DNA of 64,000 nucleotides from Bacteroidaceae bacterium (GCA_045634305.1 JAZQZZ010000039.1:3818-67817); one strand, 5' to 3'. Positions 17,837-27,268 are shown, numbered from the stretch's first letter. The notes: generated from the letters alone by a model not told the origin. A program made the numbers and translations.

Positions 17837-19561
17837 TTACCTCACAAACTCCACCTTGTGTAACGGTGCTCCATGGCGGTTGCGCACTGTAAGGGTGTAA
17901 CGTCCGGTTTCAAAACCCGACACATTGAATTCACGGCAATACCTGCCTGCATACACCTCGCGGCCATAGGTATCCTTTACAGCAATGCGTTGTCCCCACG
18001 AGCGTGGCTCGGGCAAAAGGATGACATCACCACGATGCATTCTGCCCCCGAATGCAGCCTGCACAAAAGCAGGCTCACTCTCCACACCGCAGGCATCCAC
18101 CGCAGTAACAGCCATTGTAATATTGTCGACACTGCGACAAGACCAGCGGAACAGCGTGTCATTCAGAGCTGTGGCAACAAGATTGTCAATGCGACAGATA
18201 TCGACTGTATCGCCTATAGCTGCATAGACATTATAATGTACAGTTGGAAAACCGGCGACAGGACGGACGGCATTCCACTTCAAGGAAACCCCACTTTCAT
18301 CACGCATGCAGCTTATTACCGACGGCGTCGACGGAGCATCGGCAATCCAATCCATCGGCGGCACAAGAGCGGGGGTATCATATATTTTTGTATAAATGTC
18401 GCGCACACCACCCGCATTGCCCAAAAGATGTGCCGTGCGGAACATCATGACACCGTTGGTGCCGGCACGGCGCGATGTGTGGAACTGTCTTTCAATCTCA
18501 ACCTGTGGCCAACCGCCATGCTCGGGCATCAGGCGATAGATACCTATTCCTGGCGCCACGTGACGGCCGTGGCGGTTCTCGCACCAGTCGAGCACGAAGG
18601 GATAGAAGTTGTTGCCATTGAAGTAGAGCATTGGGAAAAGGATATCCATGACACCATCATGCAACCACCCTTGAGCATCCTGATACACGGTGTTGTAGGC
18701 ATCCCATCCAAGCGAGCTGTAACGTGTGAGGTTGTCATACTTGCCAAGCGGCGCACAACTGACACGCACCCAAGGCTTCAGTTCCTTCACTGCCGAATAG
18801 ACCGATGTCACAATGCGGGTTATATTTGAACGGCGCCATGTTGCAAGTGACATGCGCCTGCCATGTCTCACAAAGAGTGAACCGTCGGGGTAACCCTCGA
18901 CACTATCAGGGTAACGTACATAATCGAGATGTATGCCGTCTACATCGTAGTTCCGAACTATCTCTTTGACAAGCGAAGCAATGTAGTCGGCCGTAGCAGG
19001 GTTGCCGGGTTCCATATACCATGCACCTTTGTAATGTGTACACAACGCTGAAGCCCTCCTTGGCAATGCACTCTTGCCCAGGCGCTTAACATACTCAACC
19101 TTGCCAAGCGGCATGGTAACCAGCCATGCGTGCAACTGCATGCCACGCTTGTGGCATTCATCAATGGCAAAGGCCAAGGGATCGTAGCCGGGTGATTTGC
19201 CGGTGATGCCGGTGAAGACATGCGAAAATGGTTCAATTGCCGATGGATATATGACATCGCCACGTACACGTGTCTGCAACAGCACGGTGTTGATGTGCAT
19301 GGCCCGTAAAGAATCAAGAATAACGGTGAGTTCCGCCTTCTGCTTTTCAACATCGGCCGGTGTCTTCACCTGCGAATGGGGCCAGTCAAGATTCTCTATT
19401 GTGGTGAGCCACACTGCACGGTATTCATATTTTGGCGAAGGGTGGCCCTTGCCATGATAATTCCCGATTTTGTATTCAAGTCCACTGTCATACACGCCAT
19501 TTTGCGCCACCGCAAAAAACGGCAGCAGCAGTAAAGTCATAAAACACAGCAACTTGTTCAT
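17837..19561 (-). CDS. Glycoside-hydrolase-like family 10 (YddW/DUF187-type) protein with T9SS-CTD-like tail
   Basis: Start chosen at the ATG at 19561 (MNKLLCFMTLLLLPFFAVAQ signal). Blocks YRAVWLTTIENLDWP and DVDGIHLDYVRYPD. The C-terminus RIAVKDTYGREVYAGRY...GRYTLTVRNRHGAPLHKVEFVR is sorting-domain-like. Confidence 0.6.
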   Translation of the reverse strand: MNKLLCFMTLLLLPFFAVAQNGVYDSGLEYKIGNYHGKGHPSPKYEYRAVWLTTIENLDWPHSQVKTPADVEKQKAELTVILDSLRAMHINTVLLQTRVRGDVIYPSAIEPFSHVFTGITGKSPGYDPLAFAIDECHKRGMQLHAWLVTMPLGKVEYVKRLGKSALPRRASALCTHYKGAWYMEPGNPATADYIASLVKEIVRNYDVDGIHLDYVRYPDSVEGYPDGSLFVRHGRRMSLATWRRSNITRIVTSVYSAVKELKPWVRVSCAPLGKYDNLTRYSSLGWDAYNTVYQDAQGWLHDGVMDILFPMLYFNGNNFYPFVLDWCENRHGRHVAPGIGIYRLMPEHGGWPQVEIERQFHTSRRAGTNGVMMFRTAHLLGNAGGVRDIYTKIYDTPALVPPMDWIADAPSTPSVISCMRDESGVSLKWNAVRPVAGFPTVHYNVYAAIGDTVDICRIDNLVATALNDTLFRWSCRSVDNITMAVTAVDACGVESEPAFVQAAFGGRMHRGDVILLPEPRSWGQRIAVKDTYGREVYAGRYCREFNVSGFETGRYTLTVRNRHGAPLHKVEFVR

Positions 19562-19631
19562 AATTAAAATTAAATTATCACAAAAGTAGTCATTTTTATG
19601 CCATTTTTTAAATGTATTTCCAAATATTTTG

Positions 19632-19639
19632 TACATTTG
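19632..19639 (+). promoter_or_regulatory. Bacteroidetes -7 box (TACATTTG) upstream of nifJ
   Basis: Matches the TAnnTTTG consensus 97 nt upstream of the ATG at 19736. Confidence 0.4.
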
Positions 19640-19735
19640 CGATTACGACCGCTTTATCAGCCACACATCATCAAACAAATACCATGGCAAAAAGCGTTTC
19701 ATTCAATGCAAAATAGACAAATAAATAATTGCTTT

Positions 19736-22700
19736 ATGACAAAGACTAAGAAATTCATTACTTGTGACGGAAATCAGGCAGCGGCACATGTCGCCTACAT
19801 GTTTTCCGAGGTAGCAGCCATCTACCCTATCACACCATCATCAACAATGGCTGAATATGTTGACGAATGGGCTGCCCAGGGCCGCAAGAACCTTTTCGGC
19901 GAGACCGTAATGGTGCAGGAGATGCAGTCAGAGGGTGGTGCCGTTGGTGCACTGCACGGTTCACTGCAGGCAGGTGCCTTGACAAACACCTTCACAGCTT
20001 CGCAGGGTCTGCTGCTCATGATTCCAAACATGTACAAGATTGCCGGCGAGAAGTTGCCAACTGTGTTCCACGTATCGGCACGTTCGCTTGCGGGTAACTC
20101 ACTCAGTATCTTCGGCGACCACATGGACGTTATGGCCTGCCGCCAGACAGGTTTTGCAATGCTGTGCGAGGGCTCGGTACAGGAGGTCATGGACCTTGCT
20201 CCGGTTGCACACCTTGCAACATTGAAGAGCCGCATCCCATTCCTCAACTTCTTCGACGGTTTCCGCACATCGCACGAGATTCAGAAGATCGAACTCCTTG
20301 AACAGGAGGACATCGCTCCACTCGTTGACTGGAAGTACATTCAGGAGTTCCGCGACAGAGCGTTGAGCCCTACACACCCCGTTGTACGCGGTACAGCCGA
20401 GAACCCCGAGACATTCTTCACACACAAGGAGAGCGAGAACCCATTCTACAACGCTGTTCCCGACATCGTTGCCGAATACATGGATAAGATTTCAGCCATC
20501 ACAGGCCGCAAATATGCTCCATTCACATACTATGGTGCCGAGGATGCCGACCGCGTAATCGTTGTCATGGGCTCTGCTACCGAGGCTATCAAGGAGGCTA
20601 TCGACTACATGATGGCACGTGGCGAGAAGGTTGGTCTGGTGAGCGTTCACCTCTACCGCCCATTCTCAGTGAAGTACCTTGCAGCCGTAATGCCAAAGAC
20701 AGTGAAGCGCATTGCAGTGCTCGACCGCACAAAAGAGCCGGGCAGCAACGGCGAGCCTTTGTACCTGGATGTTGTCGAGGCATTCTCAAGCACACCCGAA
20801 CTGAGAGAGCTTAACCCCACAATCGTGGGCGGACGTTTTGCATTGGCTTCAAACGACACAACCCCGGCCATCATCATGGGTGTATATGAGAACCTTGCAT
20901 TGCCCGAGCCAAAGAACCACTTTACAATCGGTATCGTTGACGACGTCACATTCCTTTCACTCCCCAAGAAAGAGGAGTTGGCGGTTGTTGACGGCATGTT
21001 CGAAGCCAAGTTCTATGGTCTTGGTGCCGACGGTACAGTGGGTGCAAACAAGAACTCTGTAAAAATCATTGGCGAGAACACACAGAAATATTGCCAGGCA
21101 TACTTCTCATACGACTCAAAAAAATCGGGCGGTTTCACCTGTTCGCACTTGCGTTTCGGCGACAAGCCAATCCGCAGCACATACCTTGTGAACACTCCTA
21201 ACTTTGTAGCTTGCCACGTACAGGCATACCTGAAGATGTACGATGTGACACGCGGTTTGCAGAACGGCGGTACATTCCTGCTGAACACCGTTTGGGAAGG
21301 CGAGGAGCTTGCAAAGAACCTGCCTAACAAGGTAAAGAGATGTTTTGCCGAGAAGAATATCAACGTATACTACATCAACGCAACCAAGATTGCACAGGAG
21401 ATTGGTTTGGGCAACCGCACCAACACAATCCTGCAGAGTGCATTCTTCCGCATCACAGGCGTCATCCCTGTAGAGCTTGCCGTTGAGCAGATGAAGAAGT
21501 TCATCGTGAAGTCTTATGGCAAGAAGGGCCAGGATGTGGTTGACAAGAACAATGCAGCCGTTGACCGCGGTGGCGAATACCAAAAGCTTGTCATTGACCC
21601 CGCATGGGCCAACCTGCCCAATGACGTCGAGGAAAAGCGCGACGAGCCCGAGTTCATCACAAAGATTGTGCGCACCATCAACGCACAGGAGGGTGACAAG
21701 CTCCCTGTATCGGCATTCAAGGGACTCGAGGACGGTACATGGCCTGTAGGCACATCGGCTTATGAGAAGCGCGGAGTGAGCGCATTCGTCCCCAGATGGA
21801 ATGCCCAGAACTGTATACAGTGTAACCGTTGTGCATTTGTCTGTCCACACGCATCCATCCGTCCAATAGTAATGGATGAGCAGGAGGCTGCCGGCATGAA
21901 TGCCGACATGATTGAGATGAAGGCACCTGCAGCCATGAAGGGCATGCACTTCCGCATTCAGGTGAGCGTGCTCGACTGTCTTGGTTGCGGCAACTGTGCC
22001 GACATCTGCCCCGGACATCCAAAGACCGGCAAGGCTCTTACAATGGTGCCGCTGGAGGAGGAGAGACACGAGGCTGCAAACTGGGATTACTGCGCGAAGA
22101 ACGTGAAGAGCAAGCAGCACCTTGTTGACGTGAAGAGCAACCCGAAGAACTCGCAGTTCGCTACTCCACTCTTTGAATTCTCGGGTGCTTGCTCGGGTTG
22201 TGGTGAGACACCATACGTCAAGTTGCTTACACAGCTCTTTGGTGACCGCGAGATTGTTGCCAACGCAACAGGCTGTTCTTCAATCTACACAGGTTCAGTA
22301 CCTTCAACACCTTATACAACCAACGAGAAGGGCGAAGGTCCTACATGGGCCAACTCATTGTTCGAGGACTTCTGCGAGTTCGGTTTGGGTATGAAGCTTG
22401 CCGAGAACAAAATGCGCGAGCGTCTTGAAAGACTCTTCACCGAGGTTCAGGCATGTGCCGGCTGCAGCGAGGAGCTCAAGGCTCTTGTACAGAGATGGAT
22501 TGAAAACAAGAACAACGCCGAGGTGACAAAGGAGGTTGCTCCTGCCATCATCGAGGCTTGCGAGGCTTGCGGTTGCGACACATGCAAACAGATTCTCGAC
22601 ATCAAGCAGTACATTGTCAAACGCTCACAGTGGATTATCGGTGGCGACGGTGCATCGTACGACATCGGTTACGGTGGTCTTGACCACGTCATCGCATCGG

Positions 22701-23296
22701 GCGAGGATGTGAACATCATTGTCCTTGACACCGAGGTTTACTCTAACACCGGTGGTCAGTCATCAAAGGCAACACCTCTTGGTGCAATTGCCAAATTTGC
22801 GGCATCGGGTAAGCGCATACGCAAGAAAGACCTTGGTATGATTGCCACAACATACGGCTATGTATACGTTGCACAGATTGCAATGGGTGCAAGCTACGAC
22901 CAGTGTCTCAAGGCTATCCGTGAGGCCGAGGCCTACCCCGGTCCATCATTGGTAATTGCATATGCTCCATGTATCAACCACGGTATCAAGCGCGGTATGG
23001 GCAAGGCACAGGCCGAGCAGGCTGCAGCCGTTGAGTGCGGTTACTGGCACTTGTGGCGCTACAACCCTGCATTGGAGGAAGAGGGCAAGAACCCATTCAC
23101 ACTCGACAGCAAGGAGCCACAGTGGGAGAAGTTCCAGGAGTTCCTGCAGGGCGAGGTGCGCTATGCTGCACTTGCAAAGCAGTTCCCAGCCGAGGCAAGC
23201 GAACTGTTCAATGCTGCCGAGGAGATGGCCAAAAAGCGCTACGCAAGCTATGAGCGCATGGCAAAGCTCGACTGGGGCAAGGAAGATGCTGAGTAA
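19736..23296 (+). CDS. nifJ: Pyruvate:ferredoxin (flavodoxin) oxidoreductase
   Basis: About 1186 aa from the ATG at 19736 (MTKTKKFITCDGNQAAAHVAY). Two 4Fe-4S motifs, CIQCNRCAFVCPH and CLGCGNCADICP. TPP region GGDGASYDIGYGGLDHV and VLDTEVYSNTGGQSSKATP. Confidence 0.9.
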   Translation: MTKTKKFITCDGNQAAAHVAYMFSEVAAIYPITPSSTMAEYVDEWAAQGRKNLFGETVMVQEMQSEGGAVGALHGSLQAGALTNTFTASQGLLLMIPNMYKIAGEKLPTVFHVSARSLAGNSLSIFGDHMDVMACRQTGFAMLCEGSVQEVMDLAPVAHLATLKSRIPFLNFFDGFRTSHEIQKIELLEQEDIAPLVDWKYIQEFRDRALSPTHPVVRGTAENPETFFTHKESENPFYNAVPDIVAEYMDKISAITGRKYAPFTYYGAEDADRVIVVMGSATEAIKEAIDYMMARGEKVGLVSVHLYRPFSVKYLAAVMPKTVKRIAVLDRTKEPGSNGEPLYLDVVEAFSSTPELRELNPTIVGGRFALASNDTTPAIIMGVYENLALPEPKNHFTIGIVDDVTFLSLPKKEELAVVDGMFEAKFYGLGADGTVGANKNSVKIIGENTQKYCQAYFSYDSKKSGGFTCSHLRFGDKPIRSTYLVNTPNFVACHVQAYLKMYDVTRGLQNGGTFLLNTVWEGEELAKNLPNKVKRCFAEKNINVYYINATKIAQEIGLGNRTNTILQSAFFRITGVIPVELAVEQMKKFIVKSYGKKGQDVVDKNNAAVDRGGEYQKLVIDPAWANLPNDVEEKRDEPEFITKIVRTINAQEGDKLPVSAFKGLEDGTWPVGTSAYEKRGVSAFVPRWNAQNCIQCNRCAFVCPHASIRPIVMDEQEAAGMNADMIEMKAPAAMKGMHFRIQVSVLDCLGCGNCADICPGHPKTGKALTMVPLEEERHEAANWDYCAKNVKSKQHLVDVKSNPKNSQFATPLFEFSGACSGCGETPYVKLLTQLFGDREIVANATGCSSIYTGSVPSTPYTTNEKGEGPTWANSLFEDFCEFGLGMKLAENKMRERLERLFTEVQACAGCSEELKALVQRWIENKNNAEVTKEVAPAIIEACEACGCDTCKQILDIKQYIVKRSQWIIGGDGASYDIGYGGLDHVIASGEDVNIIVLDTEVYSNTGGQSSKATPLGAIAKFAASGKRIRKKDLGMIATTYGYVYVAQIAMGASYDQCLKAIREAEAYPGPSLVIAYAPCINHGIKRGMGKAQAEQAAAVECGYWHLWRYNPALEEEGKNPFTLDSKEPQWEKFQEFLQGEVRYAALAKQFPAEASELFNAAEEMAKKRYASYERMAKLDWGKEDAE

Positions 23297-23320
23297 AGCA
23301 TAAAAGAGCCATAATATATG

Positions 23321-23358
23321 AACGAGGACGCATTTTTAGAAATGCGTCCTCGTTTTTT
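23321..23358 (+). terminator. nifJ Rho-independent terminator
   Basis: aacgaggacgcattt-ttag-aaatgcgtcctcgtt followed by tttt. Confidence 0.7.
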
Positions 23359-23478
23359 CCAATATCCAAACAACTGCTTGCCCAACCGCGTCCAAAAATC
23401 AAAATAATGGGCACATTGGAACATCTTTTTCTTGACAATCCAATACTTAAAGCTTATATTTACGGCGTGGTTAAATAA

Positions 23479-23676
23479 ATTCAAATAAACATTAATCACC
23501 CTAAATATGGCATATGGTTGGAGAAAACATCACATTCAAAAGAATCATATAAATACAACAAAAAATGGGAAAATTTATTTAAGGAATTTGAAAAAAACAA
23601 TAGCAAACCATCAACCGAAGAGATAGAACTCTTTATGAAACAGGTTATGAAAGAGACTTTCAATATTGACTTATAA
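23479..23676 (+). pseudogene. 3' remnant of a toxin tip, possibly HNH/AHH-type nuclease
   Basis: Start-less frame ..INHPKYGIWLEKTSHSKESYKYNKKWENLFKEFEKN..FNIDL-stop ends 14 nt before the next ATG. The G-x-W-L...H...Y pattern recalls the C-terminal half of HNH-superfamily toxins. Confidence 0.3.
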
Positions 23677-23690
23677 CTTATAATTGATTT

Positions 23691-24389
23691 ATGACACTTA
23701 AAGACTTTTACGAATTTAATAGCAGAAACTATTTGACAACATTTGCTGTAAAATCTGACATCTGGAAGGAAGCATTGAAGAGAAAGAACTCAGAATTGGC
23801 TAGGAAAATCAGCTGGGACCTTGAACTTGGTAACTACGAAGGATATGAATTCCCTATAGTATTCCGCGAGGTTGCCGGAGAAAGCGGCAAGCAAATGCGT
23901 GATGTTCTTGACAATCGCAATATTAGAACATACCTTATCTCGGACAGAATGAGAGATCTTCTTATTGACAACAACATTACCGGTTGGGAATGTTACGAGA
24001 TTGAGATGTATGATAAGAAGGGGAATATTGTTTCTGGATACAACGGCTTCTCTGTCACAGGTAAATGTAATGATATGGTAAAGATTGACTTTGAAAACAT
24101 AATTAAAGATAAAAAGAGGGACTATTTCGAGGCCAAGGGTGCTATGTTCGACATTGAAAAATGGGACGGCAGTGATATTTTCAGGGCTGGTGGATGGAGA
24201 ATCATTACAAAGAAAGTGTATGAACTGTTCAAAAAGCATAAAATAACTGCAATAGAAATGACCAGAATGACAGATTATACATGCTGGTTAGGCTACACCA
24301 AGGAGCAGGCACTCGAAAATTCAATCAGGGAGATAGAAAGGCAAAATGAACGTTGGGAAGAATTTAAAGCAGAGATGCATTTGGGGTGA
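23691..24389 (+). CDS. Immunity-protein-like ORF (DUF1629/Imm11-like by eye)
   Basis: 232 aa with no signal peptide. It sits directly after a toxin-tip remnant. The block WDGSDIFRAGGWRIITKKVYELFKKHKITAIEM resembles polymorphic-toxin immunity families. Confidence 0.4.
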   Translation: MTLKDFYEFNSRNYLTTFAVKSDIWKEALKRKNSELARKISWDLELGNYEGYEFPIVFREVAGESGKQMRDVLDNRNIRTYLISDRMRDLLIDNNITGWECYEIEMYDKKGNIVSGYNGFSVTGKCNDMVKIDFENIIKDKKRDYFEAKGAMFDIEKWDGSDIFRAGGWRIITKKVYELFKKHKITAIEMTRMTDYTCWLGYTKEQALENSIREIERQNERWEEFKAEMHLG

Positions 24390-24408
24390 AATCTAAATAA
24401 TTGTAAAG

Positions 24409-24540
24409 CAAGGACTATCTTGGCAGTATGCGCTCATTCCGCGATTCTCTACAATGGACCCGCTGGCCGAGAAGTACTATCACCTATCGCCCTACGCCTA
24501 CTGCGCCGGCGACCCGGTGAACCTTGTGGATCCGGACGGA
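24409..24540 (+). repeat. Rhs core-end homology block, copy 1
   Basis: The GC-richer 132 bp encode KDYLGSMRS (one frame) and DPLAEKYYHLSPYAYCAGDPVNLVDPDG (another frame). About 88% identical to 26466..26597. Confidence 0.75.
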
Positions 24541-24825
24541 ATGTGGTTTGTAAAGGTTAGCGCTTCGTCAAATAGGGGAAAAAATCCATATGCTTTATAT
24601 TCTGTTTATGATAGGCATGACAATTTGATATATAGAACTGTTGTAAAAGTTAGAGGAGCTAATGGCAGAGATAGAACTAAAACGAACTCAGATACCCCCA
24701 CTGGTAAATATCGAATTGTTGAATGGAGAAAAACTGGTAATGCAAATTATCCGATGAAATGGTGGCTTTTTGACATTAATAAATGTTATTCTAAAACAGT
24801 AATATTATGCATACTATTCTATTGA
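24454..24825 (+). CDS. Orphan Rhs-type C-terminal toxin tip (core-end motif plus about 95-aa variable domain), possibly truncated
   Basis: MDPLAEKYYHLSPYAYCAGDPVNLVDPDG is the canonical Rhs-associated core end (PxxxxDPxG). There is no upstream Rhs repeat body. The variable part contains TPTGKYRI. Confidence 0.6.
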   Translation: MDPLAEKYYHLSPYAYCAGDPVNLVDPDGMWFVKVSASSNRGKNPYALYSVYDRHDNLIYRTVVKVRGANGRDRTKTNSDTPTGKYRIVEWRKTGNANYPMKWWLFDINKCYSKTVILCILFY

Positions 24826-25376
24826 TATTGTATTGTTCTGTTATGATAGAGTATAATAATCCTATTAGATTTGATTTAGACAATCTTGACATAAAGATAG
24901 ATACTGTATATTGCAAACAAAATCAATATAGTGATTTTTTGCTAAAAGAACTTGGAAAGAATGCTAAGGATATGAATGATATGCAGCGTAGTGATTATGT
25001 GGTGAAGATGCTTGCTGTACCCGATAGCTCATTCTTGAAAGGTGAAGACTTTATTATATTTGTAAACTACTTGCAAGGAAAACGTTCTGAAGAGTACTCT
25101 GAAGGCATTGGATATTATCTTATGCGTATATACAAAGAGTATATACCGAAAATTAATGAAGTTGAAAAATGTGTGGATTTATTGCCTCTAAAGATGAAAG
25201 AGGAAGCTTTGAAAGGATTATGCGAGGTCTTGTTCTTTGAATATTCAATAGAAGAATCAATAAATGATACTATAAAAAGATGTGAAATTTATAAAGAACT
25301 ACCCATATTAAAGAAATATGAAAAGATGACAGAAGAAATAGCTCATCAGGCAGGGTATGTGCTAGTTGATAAATAA
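24807..25376 (+). CDS. Candidate cognate immunity protein (possible lipoprotein)
   Basis: 189 aa, overlapping the toxin-tip stop. The N-terminus MHTILLILYCS is lipoprotein-signal-like. AT-rich. Confidence 0.4.
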   Translation: MHTILLILYCSVMIEYNNPIRFDLDNLDIKIDTVYCKQNQYSDFLLKELGKNAKDMNDMQRSDYVVKMLAVPDSSFLKGEDFIIFVNYLQGKRSEEYSEGIGYYLMRIYKEYIPKINEVEKCVDLLPLKMKEEALKGLCEVLFFEYSIEESINDTIKRCEIYKELPILKKYEKMTEEIAHQAGYVLVDK

Positions 25377-25623
25377 TTAATGATTTTGATATTAAAGTTG
25401 ACAGGAACTTGAAAAATAGTCAAAGGCACGAGTTTGTCATTTTGAAGAATGACACATAAAGAAAATGTTCCAAAATGGGTTAGACAACGCTTTGCCGCTA
25501 CAATACAATATATGAATGAGAAAGGAACATCATGGATCTTTAAAAAGTTACAGGATTCTTAAAGTTTATTATATTGGATATGCCGTTAATCAATAGTTCG
25601 TTAATTTAAAGAAATGAATTAAT

Positions 25624-26394
25624 ATGAAACGTCTCGTTGCTTTTATAGTGACTATTGTGTTATTTTTACCTTATTCTAATGCTCAAAAAATGAGTACCAA
25701 GGATACAAAAGAAGCAATAATATCTGCAATAGAATTCTGCAATGGTATATCTACGCACGATGGATGCTTTTCATATAATATAGTAATGATATACGAAAGC
25801 TTTTTTAACGACAAAGTGGCCACAGACATTTTTGTTAATGAACTTAATAGAAATAAGTCGGATATATTTTTTTATAATTCCAGAAAAACTCTTAAGAAAA
25901 AGAACAAGGAAATTAAAAGAAGTTGGTTTATCTTCTATTATGGCGAGATTGACACTAACAGAATTGAGATAGTATTAAGTGATTGCATTTATAATGGGAA
26001 GAAGACCCTAATTAATCCAGATGGAGAAACTATTGTATGCAGTAAGTCTGCTATTACAGGTAAATGGCACATTGTACACCATTTTTTTATATACCGAATG
26101 GGACGTGAATTCCGTAATACAGATTACTCTTTATTAACGAGGCAACTATATGATAACCTATTGCATAAGAAACTTAAAACAGAGAACGATTATATGTTGC
26201 TTTTCAATTATCTTCGCAAGCGAGATGTTAGCGAATATTATATTAAAATAAAAGAGTTGCTTTGTAGCATAATAGACGAGAATCCAGAGGTTGCAGAACG
26301 TATTGACAACTATTTTTTCCTGTTTGCAAAATTTAGAATGATCGATGAGAGCACTTCTGTAATTGAAGGGAACTATAAAAATATAACTAAATAG
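25624..26394 (+). CDS. Exported hypothetical protein (orphan immunity candidate)
   Basis: 256 aa with signal peptide MKRLVAFIVTIVLFLPYSNAQ. No recognisable catalytic motif. Confidence 0.4.
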   Translation: MKRLVAFIVTIVLFLPYSNAQKMSTKDTKEAIISAIEFCNGISTHDGCFSYNIVMIYESFFNDKVATDIFVNELNRNKSDIFFYNSRKTLKKKNKEIKRSWFIFYYGEIDTNRIEIVLSDCIYNGKKTLINPDGETIVCSKSAITGKWHIVHHFFIYRMGREFRNTDYSLLTRQLYDNLLHKKLKTENDYMLLFNYLRKRDVSEYYIKIKELLCSIIDENPEVAERIDNYFFLFAKFRMIDESTSVIEGNYKNITK

Positions 26395-26420
26395 TGGAGA
26401 TAGCTACATATATATTTGCT

Positions 26421-26612
26421 GAATGACACCACTCTGCAGCCCGAGGTAAAACCATACTTCTTTGTCAAGGACTATCTTGGCAGTATGCGCTCATACCGCG
26501 TTTCTCCACCATTGACCCCTTGGCCGAGAAGTACTACCACCTCTCGCCCTACGCCTACTGCGCCGGAGACCCGGCGAACCTTGTAGACCCGGACGAGTTG
26601 ATAGGAATCTGA
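26421..26612 (+). pseudogene. Rhs core-end remnant lacking a toxin domain (contains homology block copy 2, 26466..26597)
   Basis: ..LQPEVKPYFFVKDYLGSMRSYR in one frame, then IDPLAEKYYHLSPYAYCAGDPANLVDPDELIGI-stop in another. The stop falls 4 codons after the DPD motif. Confidence 0.65.
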
Positions 26613-26692
26613 GAAATAACAAACAACATGAAATAGTTATCAAACAAAATGACCCGAATTCAATTTTTAAATCTATAATTATTAATTAATCT

Positions 26693-27268
26693 ATGATTCA
26701 ATGCGAACTTTATTTGGTTAAGAGCGATATTAACAAGGTTTTTGATTATTTTAAAGAGAGTGCACGAGGTCAGTGGGGATTCGAGTTTCAATACACGGAT
26801 GTTAATTTACATTTATGCTTACCTCTCGTTTCTCACTCTGTATATACAAAAATACTCTTGTGGGTACCTAAAGGACATAACGGAACAGTAATCTTTTCAA
26901 ATAGAGACATCTATACGTTGATTTATATCTTAAACAAAACTTATAATTTTGACATTACAGGAATAATGTTAGATTTGGATTTACCCGGCAAAGATCTTTA
27001 TTTACCATGTTATTATTTTCAGCATTGGGGAGTGGACAATAGTTTTAGAATAGTGAGAGTAATGTGTGATCCAAGATGGGTGTTCTATGAACAGGGAGAA
27101 AGCTTCCCTTTCGAACAGACCGACAAATACACCGAGCGAATAAAGAAAAAACGCCTTACAAACGATATGATAAAAGACTATGTAACAGCAATGGGATGGA
27201 ATATAAGAGATGAGGGATTCTTTGATTCGGATAACGAAGCCATTCTTATAACAATTAAAGGAAGGTGA
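26693..27268 (+). CDS. Hypothetical protein (orphan immunity candidate)
   Basis: 191 aa, cytoplasmic, AT-rich, directly after the tip-less Rhs remnant. Confidence 0.35.
   Translation: MIQCELYLVKSDINKVFDYFKESARGQWGFEFQYTDVNLHLCLPLVSHSVYTKILLWVPKGHNGTVIFSNRDIYTLIYILNKTYNFDITGIMLDLDLPGKDLYLPCYYFQHWGVDNSFRIVRVMCDPRWVFYEQGESFPFEQTDKYTERIKKKRLTNDMIKDYVTAMGWNIRDEGFFDSDNEAILITIKGR

Noticed and set aside
17873-18829. 318-aa plus-strand ORF opposite the GHL10-like gene. Analogous long shadows lie at 13388..14116, 21116..22120, 30192..30923, 32891..33583, 40007..40525, 54849..55475 and 58036..58815.
   Set aside because: All lie antisense to genes with strong family motifs and have no motifs of their own. 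This is typical of frame-complement artefacts in moderately GC-rich coding DNA.
25450-25563. 37-aa ORF (MTHKENVPKWVRQRFAATIQYMNEKGTSWIFKKLQDS) in the spacer between islet cassettes.
   Set aside because: It is too short and has no motif. It may be another toxin or immunity fragment, but that is unsupported.
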